NCBI GenBank assembly: GCA_017417055.1
Contig: JAFPZX010000045.1
Location: forward strand, 1,947 to 65,946
Reading direction: 5' to 3'
DNA: 64,000 bases
Source of the DNA: Anaerolineaceae bacterium
Lineage (GTDB): Bacteria; Chloroflexota; Anaerolineae; Anaerolineales; Anaerolineaceae
Shown: piece by piece, positions 1 to 9,200 of the stretch
Position numbering within the stretch: position 1 is the stretch's first letter
How the letters are laid out: each line of letters starts with the position of its first letter
The notes under the pieces: model-generated
What the model saw: only the letters and a program-made list of their open reading frames with translations
What the model was told of the DNA's origin: nothing
The model's database searches: none
Program-made: the position numbers and the translations under genes

Positions 1-573
1 TTTCTGGAACAATCCATCCGGAACCTCACGTTTATTCAGGTTCACAGTGAGTCCTTCGCCCATATCCGCTACTTCACCGCCCCGTACATGGGAAACGGCG
101 TTATCACGGAATTCTCCGGCTTTCCAGGTGGGTTGATATTTATCACTAAAACCCCAGATGAGCGCCGGAATGGGCTCAGCCAGGATCCACAGCCACAGCC
201 AGCGTTTCCGCACGTTATAAACATCAATAAGTCCGTTGTAGATCTGAATGGCATATACAAAACTTACGATCCAAACCATGATAGCAATAACGGAAATAAA
301 TATACGCGCGTGTTCATTTTTTACCAGAATCATCGAGATATTGGCTGCCGACATAATGAAATTTGCCACAGCCATAAAACGACCTTCCGGTTCTTTCCCC
401 GCGCATTTACCCAGACAGTATTCCCGATACCAGGGTATTACTGCCTTCCAGCCCGGCAGATCGGATTTCTGGAAAATCCGCCAAAGGCCGATGATATAAA
501 GGATTGTAGAAATCACAGCCCATGTGCCGCTGCTTCCGAAAAAGATACTCTCGATTATATGCAGAACATCCAT
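1..573 (-). CDS. Membrane protein with N-terminal DUF5684-like domain, probably fused to an ABC ATPase (3' end runs off the window)
   Basis: Not in the ORF track. Manual translation from ATG at 573 is open to base 1: MDVLHIIESIFFGSSGTWAVISTILYIIGLWRIFQKSDLPGWKAVIPWYREY...GLTVNLNKREVPDGLFQK. WRIFxKxxxPGWKAxIP is DUF5684-like and there are several hydrophobic helices. The ABC fusion is inferred from recalled similar proteins. Confidence 0.7.
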   Translation of the reverse strand, partial: MDVLHIIESIFFGSSGTWAVISTILYIIGLWRIFQKSDLPGWKAVIPWYREYCLGKCAGKEPEGRFMAVANFIMSAANISMILVKNEHARIFISVIAIMVWIVSFVYAIQIYNGLIDVYNVRKRWLWLWILAEPIPALIWGFSDKYQPTWKAGEFRDNAVSHVRGGEVADMGEGLTVNLNKREVPDGLFQK

Positions 574-605
574 ATAAAAATAAAAACTCCTTTCGAAGAA
601 TTCTG

Positions 606-697
606 AGGAAACCCTGATTAATTGGAGTTCGGGAACGATTTTGCGCGCAGCACAGAACTGTCCTCCCGCATTCTCTGGAATTGATCATCGTTTTCCT
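606..697. mobile_element. MITE-like element, family A (imperfect ~18-bp terminal inverted repeats)
   Basis: AGGAAACCCTGATTAATT ... AATTGATCATCGTTTTCCT. The internal GGGAACG..CTGTCCTCCCGC is shared with copies at ~11610, 15476 and 21339. Confidence 0.55.
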
Positions 698-795
698 AAA
701 CAACTCAGATAAAACAATTATAACCTTGAAACATACATAAATACCAACCATACAGTATAAAAAATCTGAAATGATCGAACTTTATCAAGGGGGTC

Positions 796-1116
796 GGGGA
801 CTGTCCCTTTATGGTACAGTCCCCTTCATATTTCGGTGCGTGCATATTTTTAAGGGGACGGTTATGTGTGCACGGACTGCACCTGACTGTCTCGAGCATC
901 GTTCGGCACACAGAACCGTCATCGAGGCAGGACCGTCAGTGGAAAAGAAATCGGTAGATTCAGTGACCTGAGCTTCGGTTCCCCGGTATTTGGCGCCGAT
1001 TTCCCGGATGACAGTTCCGCGTGCCGTACGACGTCTGAAATTTTCTGAGTTTTCTCGTGCACGCTTAACCGTCCCCCTTCAAAATAATCGGGACAAATCC
1101 GGCTGTGCCTGTCCCG
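796..1116. repeat. Cluster of GGGAC/GTCCC REP-like palindromes
   Basis: GGGGACTGTCCCTTTATGGTACAGTCCCC (~796-824), GGGGACGGTTATGTGTGC..GCACACAGAACCGTC (~854-920) and GGGACAAATCCGGCTGTGCCTGTCCC (~1090-1115). Confidence 0.65.
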
Positions 1117-1161
1117 ATATTCCTTAACCAATTAAAGCCGAAATCAACCGATTTCGGCTCA

Positions 1162-1196
1162 CTATTGCCTATATCCTATATCCTATTGCCTATTTT
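1162..1196 (-). repeat. Heptamer tandem tract starting at the stop codon
   Basis: Minus strand reads TAGGCAA TAGGATA TAGGATA TAGGCAA TAG. Confidence 0.75.
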
Positions 1197-2437
1197 CTCT
1201 TCTTCCTCTTCTCCCGCAATGCTTTGCGGACATCAGGCGAGGGACCGTTTCGGGCAAGTTTGGCTTCGCACTCAATCCTTGCGAGATATTTCTCCCAGCG
1301 CTCATGCAGTTCATACTGATCCTCCAGCGGAATTGCCATGATAGCTTCCTGATCCTTCCTCCGCATTGCGTCATCCATAAGCTCTTTTCTGGCTTGTGCT
1401 TCGGTGATGTAACCCGGTTCCGGTGCTGCCGGTTCCACTTTGGGCATTTCCGACTCTTTTCTTTCCGGCTCCGGTAAAGCTTCTGCTTCCTCATGGATCT
1501 GCTTTCTCAATTTTTCCGCTTCAAGCTGTTTCAGCATCGCTTTCATTTCTTTCGTCGGCTCATAAGGTTTTGCCGGCTCAAATGGTCTTGCGCCCAGTAA
1601 TCTTTCAACTTGCCGTTCCAGACGTTCGGCTTCTCTGATTTTGCGTTCTCTTTCTTTCCGAACTGCTTCGGCCTGCTTTTCGGCTTCTTTTTCTTTGTTA
1701 AGCATCAGACGCGCCATGGAACCGTTTATCGGCAGCGCGCTGGGATTCGCGCGCAGACTTTTCGCTATCCCGGCAGCAGCCGCTTCGGTATTGGTGCGTG
1801 GTTCGCCCTTGAAAGTCTCCGCCTGTTTGAGCATGGGTTCGGTATTGACTTTTCCCTCCCGGATGTTCTGAATCTTGACTTCGGTGGCTTTCAGCCGGTT
1901 ACCGAGCCCCACCCAGCGAAATTCCCAGTTCAGGTAGGTCATTCCGAGGATATGATTGTCCTGATAGATTCCTTCCAGTGCCGCGTGAGCTTTGCGCAGA
2001 TGGAAAGAAACCATGCACACTAATTCTTTGATGCTCATTTCGGAAAGATTTGGGAAAGACATACCATTTTGTTCCAGGACCGCTTTCGTCAGGCACATGG
2101 AACCTAACTGTTTGATGTTCTTTTCTAACATACCGCAGAAGGTCAGATAATTTTCGGAAAAGCGGTTGGCAGTGCAGGCGTGTACGTAAACCGTCTGTGT
2201 GTCCTGCCACAGCAGCGCTGCGGTGTTTTCAAATTCAAAAGGAGCGTTACTGAATTCAATGAGCGACTCATCCGGTAAATCGGCGGCTTTAATATCCGTA
2301 ATGATTCCGCGGTTTTCAGTTGGCGGGACCGGAACATCACGCTGCGTTTTCGCCGCATTTTTCATCATTTCCGCCGCCATCATTGTCATTTCAGCTTCTC
2401 CTTTCTCCGGGACTGCTGCCAAATACTGCCGTCCCAT
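1190..2437 (-). CDS. Hypothetical protein (415 aa), charged and helical C-terminal half
   Basis: Long ORF with its own sigma70-like promoter upstream. E/K/R-rich coiled-coil segments; no recognisable domain. Confidence 0.75.
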   Translation of the reverse strand: MGRQYLAAVPEKGEAEMTMMAAEMMKNAAKTQRDVPVPPTENRGIITDIKAADLPDESLIEFSNAPFEFENTAALLWQDTQTVYVHACTANRFSENYLTFCGMLEKNIKQLGSMCLTKAVLEQNGMSFPNLSEMSIKELVCMVSFHLRKAHAALEGIYQDNHILGMTYLNWEFRWVGLGNRLKATEVKIQNIREGKVNTEPMLKQAETFKGEPRTNTEAAAAGIAKSLRANPSALPINGSMARLMLNKEKEAEKQAEAVRKERERKIREAERLERQVERLLGARPFEPAKPYEPTKEMKAMLKQLEAEKLRKQIHEEAEALPEPERKESEMPKVEPAAPEPGYITEAQARKELMDDAMRRKDQEAIMAIPLEDQYELHERWEKYLARIECEAKLARNGPSPDVRKALREKRKKRK

Positions 2438-2514
2438 ATGTTTTTCTTATCTGTAAAATATATTTTAGTAACTTTCCCGAACAGATTTAGAATATAATTA
2501 TTAATCTGTACTAT

Positions 2515-2542
2515 ATTATATAGAAAACTATTAAAATGTCAA
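2515..2542 (-). promoter_or_regulatory. Sigma70-type promoter for the 415-aa gene
   Basis: Minus strand TTGACA-N16-TATAAT in an AT-rich region. Confidence 0.55.
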
Positions 2543-2604
2543 GAAAAATTATAAATATTCTATAATAATAATTATTTTATCGTTCTGACCATCAAGTTGT
2601 ACCG

Positions 2605-3211
2605 CTAATTCGGTAAATAATATGTAATTTGACTGAGAACATCCATTATTGCACTCCATGGTACAGAAACAGTATATGAATTCTTTTTCAAATATTTTTT
2701 CCATCTGTCAATCAGCAATTCATCATTGCTGATGATACCCGTTTGAACCTTGATTTCCTCGTTTGAGAAAATAGTTTTACGCTTGATACAAGTTGCAATA
2801 AAAGCATCTGAAAGTGTTTCCTTTGAGTACATCTGATGAGTAGTAAGCATATACACATCGTAAAAAACCCGCATTCTTGTATTAGCTGTCCCTCTTGATA
2901 AAATTGTTTGAATCTTTTCCGCCAAAAGAGTTTCTATATTATATGATAAAATCGGTTGAAATATCTTTGACATTAAGCGGCAATGCATTCACTGTGGTAT
3001 CAATATCCATCGTTGTGCGCATATTCACACCCAGAAGTGACGCTGTCAACATTCCACCCTTGAGAACAAATTGGTCTTTATATTCGGAAACAGATACTCT
3101 TTCAAGAAATCGTTCCATGAAAAACAATCTCATCAGGTTTTCAGCCCTGCCTGGATTCTGATTGGCAAGATTTTTTATTTTCCCTTTCAATTGAGCCGCG
3201 GATTTTATCAT
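2605..3211 (-). pseudogene. abiEii: AbiEii/AbiGii-family nucleotidyltransferase toxin (type IV TA), internally deleted and frameshifted
   Basis: N-part MIKSAAQLKGKIKN..MERFLERVS..FVLKGG..RTTMDID (2939-3211) and C-part YNIETLLAEK..RGTANTRMRVFYD (2605-~2945) lie in different frames. The central part expected for the family is missing. Confidence 0.85.
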
Positions 3212-3273
3212 AGCATCACCTCAACGTATTTCATCACTTCATTTCTTATTTTCATCACTTCAGCATATCTCTC
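3208..3273 (-). pseudogene. C-terminal remnant of AbiEi-type antitoxin
   Basis: ERYAEVMKIRNEVMKYVEVML* with an ATGA overlap onto the abiEii start. Matches the typical AbiEi C-terminus; the upstream part is absent. Confidence 0.6.
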
Positions 3274-3372
3274 ATCAGATCATATTTTGACAAGTTTTTC
3301 GCTCTTGTTTACATTTGTGATGAAATTACAAACTAACAAATCACTTTTGTAAACTAATCTGTAACACAAGAG

Positions 3373-3517
3373 GTTGCTATTCACAGGGTGAGGGGTCAAA
3401 CCTTCACCCTCTGTCCCCGCCATCTTGCCGACGGATGGTTACCCCGAATTACTCTTGCCGCTCCAAGGCGGCGGGGACGGACCTGAAGGTCCGACCCCTC
3501 ACATTGTGAACAGTAAT
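3373..3517. repeat. REPIN-like long inverted-repeat element
   Basis: GTGAGGGGTCAAACCTTCACCCTCTGTCCCCGCC (3388-3421) pairs with GGCGGGGACGGACCTGAAGGTCCGACCCCTCAC (3470-3502). Outer ends are GTTGCTATTCAC / GTGAACAGTAAT. Confidence 0.7.
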
Positions 3518-3625
3518 CATTTAGTGTAACTGTTCAATACTCGAATTGACATATTTTCAGAGAAACGACAAAAGTCATGTATAATTACAAAATATGGTTA
3601 TTTCATGGACAAAAGGAGAGAGACT

Positions 3626-6106
3626 ATGAAAAAATCACCAAAATATTCCATTGGTATTATCCTGTCAGTAATTCTTTATCTGTTCCTCGCTGTGACGTCA
3701 GTCCTTGCACAAAATAGTACGGGAACACCTTATCAGCCGATCAGGAAAGTGGACCTGGGTGTTGCCTCGCTTACCCTTGAAGTTGGGGAAAAGTATACCT
3801 TTTCTGTGAGTTTTGACCCCGAAGATCCGCCCGTTACCCGGCTGACCTGGTTCAACACCGACAATACGGTCATCGCGGTCAACCAGCTCACGAACACGGT
3901 GACTGCCCTGACGCCGGGAACCGCAAAAGTCATGGCAGAAAGCTTTGACAAAGAAGCTTACGCTGTCTGTGAGATCACGGTCAGCGGGTCGCAAGAGAAA
4001 GACCTCTCCGGGATAGTGGAAGGAAAAGCCCTGCTGACTCTCTCCGAGGAAGATCGGGCAAAAATCAAAGCATCCCGGATCAACCGCTATCTGGATCTGC
4101 TGGAAATATCTGTTTTCAACGAAGAAACACTCCGAAAGCTTCAGGATCAGACCATGACTGTCATGGCGGAAGTCCGTCCGGGGACGGAAGAAGCGGAAAG
4201 CGAACGTGCCCTGGCACTGGGAATGGACAGAGCATATCCCATGAAGCATCTGCATCTGGTCAGCCTGCACGGAACACTTTCTCAGATTCTTGAATTTGTC
4301 AAGGACAATGAAGACCTGCTCCAGATATTCAAAGGACATGATATCTATCTATTTGACCCGCTCCCGAAAACAGTCGCTTCCCCCTTACAATCCAAGGCCG
4401 CAGAGGGCACGGATACCACGATGCTCCGGGACCATGTGGAAGAGCTGACGTCCGTCAGCACCATACACAAGCTGGGGTATTCCGGCAAAGGGGTCACCAT
4501 CGCCATCGTGGATACAGGGCTGAACAGCAGCCATGAACAATATGCCGGAAAAGTGATCTCCGAAAACTGTTTCAGCTATAGCTGGCGCTGTCAACCGATA
4601 CCGGACTGTGAGCCTTGTGATGAGAGCGATGAGGAATGTGACCCGTATAAATGCTATGATTGCGACAACAATCTTATTTCTGCCTGTGAAGGCGGATCTG
4701 TCGAAAATTACGGTGAAACGAATTCTGCTTTTCCCGGCGGCGCCTCGAAACTGAGCGAGTTCAATCACGGATCGCATGTGGCGGGAATCTCCGCCGGAAA
4801 GGATGGCATGGCGCCGGATGCGAAGATCGTCGCCGCAGCGGTCCAGTCAGAATTTTACAGCCCGCTTTATATCAGCGAAGAAAACCCGGACGGATATACG
4901 GTAACGTTGTGGAACCATGATATCTATTCGGCATATGATTGGCTGCTGGAGATCCAGGATGAGCTGAAAAAGGAAGGGAAACCAATATCTGTCCTGAACC
5001 TAAGCCTTGGCGACGGAAAATATGCCGGTTATTGCGATAATGATGAGTATTGCGCCGAAGAATATGAAATTTTTCAGTATCTGAACGCGGCAGGGATTCT
5101 TCCCGTGGCTGCCAGCGGCAATGAATTTTATGATGACGCCACCGCTTCACCGGGCTGTCTGTCAAACACCCTGACGGTTGGCGCGCTGGCGGATATGGAC
5201 ACACCCTACATTGTCTGCTATTCCAATCACAACAATGTCGTTGATATTCTCGCTCCCGGGACAAACATCTGGTCGTCGTATCTGGTGGATCCCGATGGAA
5301 ACCCCGTAACGAATTCTTACGGTTCCATGTCCGGCACATCCATGGCTACCCCGGTTGTCAGCGGTGCTTTGGCTCTGATCATGGAAGCTTTTCCCGGAAA
5401 AACGCTCGAAGAATACAAAACGATACTTGTGGAAATGTCAACAAAAACCGCTGACAGGCGGAATTCGAATGGTTGGAATTTTACTACAGATGACGGTACC
5501 GGCACTGTATTTCCGTTCACAAAACCGGTCCTGGACTTTTCAAATTTCCCCGCATATTACGCGTCACATCAGAGGAGACCTGTACGTTGGATAGAAGATC
5601 TCGATTTTCAGACGCCCAAGACGGGGTTTTCCGCACAGAATCCGCGGAAACTCTCCGTACAACCGCTGAACGTGCAGTACAAACAAACCCGCCTGAAACT
5701 GCAGCTGCCGACGCTGGATGTGGAAGCCGATATCGTGACAGTGCCTTACATCGACGGGGAATATCCGGTGGAATGGCTGGGCAGTGCGGTCGGCATGCTG
5801 GAAGGAAGCAATATGCCGGGTAAAGGGATCACGGTTTTGACAGGACATAACCACCTGAACACTACCGAAGCCGGTCCGTTTGCGCTCCTCAGCAAACTTG
5901 AAAGCGGAGACAGCCTCATGATCACGGACAGCAGAGGCACGGTGCAGACCTATAAGGTTTACAAGAGCGCGAAGGTTCCTTCCGACGGGTTCAGCAGGAT
6001 CGCCGGTGATGTGAAAGAGAACGCACTCGTCCTGATCACCTGTGAAGATGAATCGATTGACGGTGGTTACCTCAACCGCCGGGTAATCTTAGCCTTACCT
6101 GATTAA
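3626..6106 (+). CDS. Secreted S8 subtilase with N-terminal Ig-like (Big_2) domain and C-terminal fused class F-like sortase
   Basis: Signal peptide MKKSPKYSIGIILSVILYLFLAVTSVLAQ after an AAGGAG RBS. Triad IVDTG / HGSHVAG / GTSMATP. TPKTGF is followed by sortase motifs LTGHNH, LITC and NRR. Alternative start at 3605. Confidence 0.9.
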   Translation: MKKSPKYSIGIILSVILYLFLAVTSVLAQNSTGTPYQPIRKVDLGVASLTLEVGEKYTFSVSFDPEDPPVTRLTWFNTDNTVIAVNQLTNTVTALTPGTAKVMAESFDKEAYAVCEITVSGSQEKDLSGIVEGKALLTLSEEDRAKIKASRINRYLDLLEISVFNEETLRKLQDQTMTVMAEVRPGTEEAESERALALGMDRAYPMKHLHLVSLHGTLSQILEFVKDNEDLLQIFKGHDIYLFDPLPKTVASPLQSKAAEGTDTTMLRDHVEELTSVSTIHKLGYSGKGVTIAIVDTGLNSSHEQYAGKVISENCFSYSWRCQPIPDCEPCDESDEECDPYKCYDCDNNLISACEGGSVENYGETNSAFPGGASKLSEFNHGSHVAGISAGKDGMAPDAKIVAAAVQSEFYSPLYISEENPDGYTVTLWNHDIYSAYDWLLEIQDELKKEGKPISVLNLSLGDGKYAGYCDNDEYCAEEYEIFQYLNAAGILPVAASGNEFYDDATASPGCLSNTLTVGALADMDTPYIVCYSNHNNVVDILAPGTNIWSSYLVDPDGNPVTNSYGSMSGTSMATPVVSGALALIMEAFPGKTLEEYKTILVEMSTKTADRRNSNGWNFTTDDGTGTVFPFTKPVLDFSNFPAYYASHQRRPVRWIEDLDFQTPKTGFSAQNPRKLSVQPLNVQYKQTRLKLQLPTLDVEADIVTVPYIDGEYPVEWLGSAVGMLEGSNMPGKGITVLTGHNHLNTTEAGPFALLSKLESGDSLMITDSRGTVQTYKVYKSAKVPSDGFSRIAGDVKENALVLITCEDESIDGGYLNRRVILALPD

Positions 6107-6135
6107 CGAGGTAAACGTCAAACAAGGACGGAGCA

Positions 6136-6215
6136 CATGGGGACTGGCACCTTGTGCGGCGCAGCCCGCACATGCGTGCCTGTCCCCATGTGCGGCGACG
6201 GGTTCTGAATAGATA
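6136..6215. repeat. REP/MITE-like family B copy between convergent genes
   Basis: CATGGGGACTGGCAC..TGTGCGG..CCGCACA..GTGCCTGTCCCCATG hairpin followed by CTGAATAGATA. Related copy at 11707-11805. Confidence 0.65.
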
Positions 6216-6277
6216 AAAACATGCAAAAAGCAAACTGTATTTTGTATTTCCATTTTTTCTTTAAACTTGTTGCAATA

Positions 6278-9200
6278 TCACTTAAAATAATTCTCAATTG
6301 CCGCGTTTCTTTTTGCGATCAAAGCGTCTTTCCGTTTCTGCGCTTCTGATTTTTGTTTATCAATGGCTTGGACATAAGAACAAAATTCTTGCTGAAGATA
6401 TAATGGCGGAACAATTACAGAAAGATTTCCATATTTATTTGCATTAATATTTGGTTGCGCTGTTGTTCTGCTTCCTGTATTTGTTTGTAGGATAAATGAA
6501 TAATAATAATCTGTATTAAGAAAACCATACAAAAAATCAGGTAATATCTTACTCCTATCTGGAATACAACGAATCAAATATCCTGCATAAATGGATTTTC
6601 CATATTTTTCTTTGTAAATAAAAGCTTTTCCTACAGTTGCTCCGCTTCGAGCAAATAGAATGTCTCCATCGTGCAAAAGATATTGATTCTCAAAAATACT
6701 CGGTGAAACTACATCATGATTTAAATAACCTTTTTCATTTATATCAGTAATTCGAATATATCTAATCAATCCATTATATTTAACAGCAGATGCTCCAGAG
6801 CCATATGTCAAACCGCCAACTGACAAATTTCTTAATTGTTCAGTGTTCCAATTTTTTGGATTATACTGCGGATCACCAAACATCTCAACAAATTTCGATT
6901 TGACATCTTCTGATAATTCAGTGATTTCCAAATCTATTGCGCTGATTTGCTGATCTATTGATTTAAACTCTACGATTATTTTTCTCTGTTCTTCAAGTGA
7001 AGGTATCGGAATGATGTAATCCATCATTTTTGATTTATCACCGCGAGGCATTTTTAGTCCTTTCGCGGTTGACATCATGTAATCAAAGAACATGTCCTGC
7101 TGAAGTACATAATATAAATACTCAGAAAGAACCATTTTAGATTTTTTGTTATGAATAACCAAAACGTCATTGGAGCATCCACCTTCCCGATCAGAAAACC
7201 ATATTTTTTTCAAATAGGGGCGGATATTTGATAGTAAAATATCGTCTTTTGAATATTTATTGACATTTATTTGAAGTTTCGGCCCTGTGTATGGAATGAT
7301 CCCCTGCTTATTTTTCAGCATATTTTCAGTCGTTATATATTCTTCTGCATTAATTTCAGAGAATAATACTTTCTCAGCAAATAATTCGGCAATTTCAGAT
7401 AACTTTTTAGTCGGTTGACTTCCTGAATACATTTGAATAACAAGATGAGATCTTGCGATTTTCAGTCCTTTATTGAATCTCACATCACTGAAATCCAGCA
7501 TATCCTGCAGCGGCAGATAATAGTAATAATCGTCCAATCCATCAATACCGATTTCGTCATCATCAAAAGCATGACGGACTATTGCAGCGATGGTCTCTTC
7601 CGATTCCCGATCTTTATCATCATAGAGCAGCCCGCCCGGTTTTTTGATCTGAATACCTTCCTGACCTTTTCGGTTGGACCAGGTGTAACCAAGAAAATTC
7701 TCCTGTGCCTTGTTGTCATCCGGGGCAGTGATAATCAGTGTAGTCTGGTTATAAATTAGGGCAAAATAAAACAGCCTTTCGCGTTCCAGTTTCAGTGCAA
7801 ATTCATAAAATTGTTTATTACACCATTTCTGCTGTTCCGGGGAACTCAGACGCCGATAGGAAGGCTGTTTTTGTTTGTTGAGAAACTCCGCTGTGGCGGT
7901 GAATGCGTTCACCAATAGGGCGAAATAGTCATTTTCAGCCCAGTCCTGATAATTCCGGGTCTTACTGAGAAAGTCGAGATAGTCTTCTTCCGAAACACTG
8001 ATCTTGTTTAAATATCCGTCGAAGATTTCCTGATCCTCCCAATCCTCCAGATTATGCCGGTTCAAAATGGCGTCCACACTGTCTTCCAGCATCAGCGAAC
8101 GTTTTGGCGGTTCGTCAAATTTTTCCAGAAACAGGATCACGGTATTGGTTCCGGTTGCGCCGAAGGTCTTGCTCCCGAATTGCGCGATACAGCGGATAAA
8201 GAAATTCTTAAGAATCGATTCCCGTGCTCCGATAAAACTTTCATTTTCCTTGTTCAATATACTGCTCGGCAATATCACCGCTGCGATTCCCTTCGGCTTC
8301 AGCAATTGGGCAATGCGCTCAACAAACAAGGTCTCAATTTCAGAGCCATTATCGGATATTTTTGAACGAATATCCAGTTCATTATTTTTTAAATTCAGAT
8401 GTGGTTTAAAAGCCGCCACGGAATAAGGCGGATTGGCAACCAGAATGTCAAACGAGCCCGGAATTATATCTTTCTCTGCATAATTTTCCAAGCCGTCACC
8501 GAATATGATATTTCCGTCACCCGCTCCATGCATAAACAATGAGATTTTGGAAACCCGGGCGAGACGGTAATCCTTTTCGACGCCAAATAATTTATGTTCT
8601 GCCCATGCGGAAGATTCTTCAATGCCCTGTACATGAGTTTTCATCCAGGCATTAACCGCCTCAACGCCTTCGGTTAAAAAGTGTCCCGCACCGCAGGCGT
8701 AATCGATGATTTTCGGATATTCGTAATCGTTTCCTCTGTGAATCACCTTTCCCAGCGGCAGACAATCCCAGATAAAACGGGTAATCGGAATAGGCGTAAA
8801 AAATTGTCCTTCATTTTGTTTGAAGCCTTTGTTCAGCAGCTGTTCAAAGAGATCACCAAGTTTTTGAATATCGTGCGAACCGATTATGCGGTAATTCTGA
8901 AAAAGCTCAACCACTTCCACAAGGATTTTCCCGTTTTGCAGAAAAAGTTCCTCATTATGAACGTCCTTGAAAGCAAAATCGTTGTTCGTGAAGTATTTCA
9001 AATTTCGGATCGTTTCTTTCAGACTGGCAACCATCTTTGAGCGTTTTTGACCGGTAAATTGCTTAATGAGGTTTTCGGCATAATCATCCGAAACATAGAA
9101 GATTTCTTCTTTCATGAACTCCTTCATTCCTGTCTGATGAAGTTTCTGCAGTCTGTCCTGAAGGGATTCATAGGAATCAGTACCGTTTTTATACTGAAAT

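Noticed and set aside
88-606. 172-aa plus-strand ORF in the track
   Set aside because: It overlaps the minus-strand DUF5684-like gene (1-573), which has recognisable motifs
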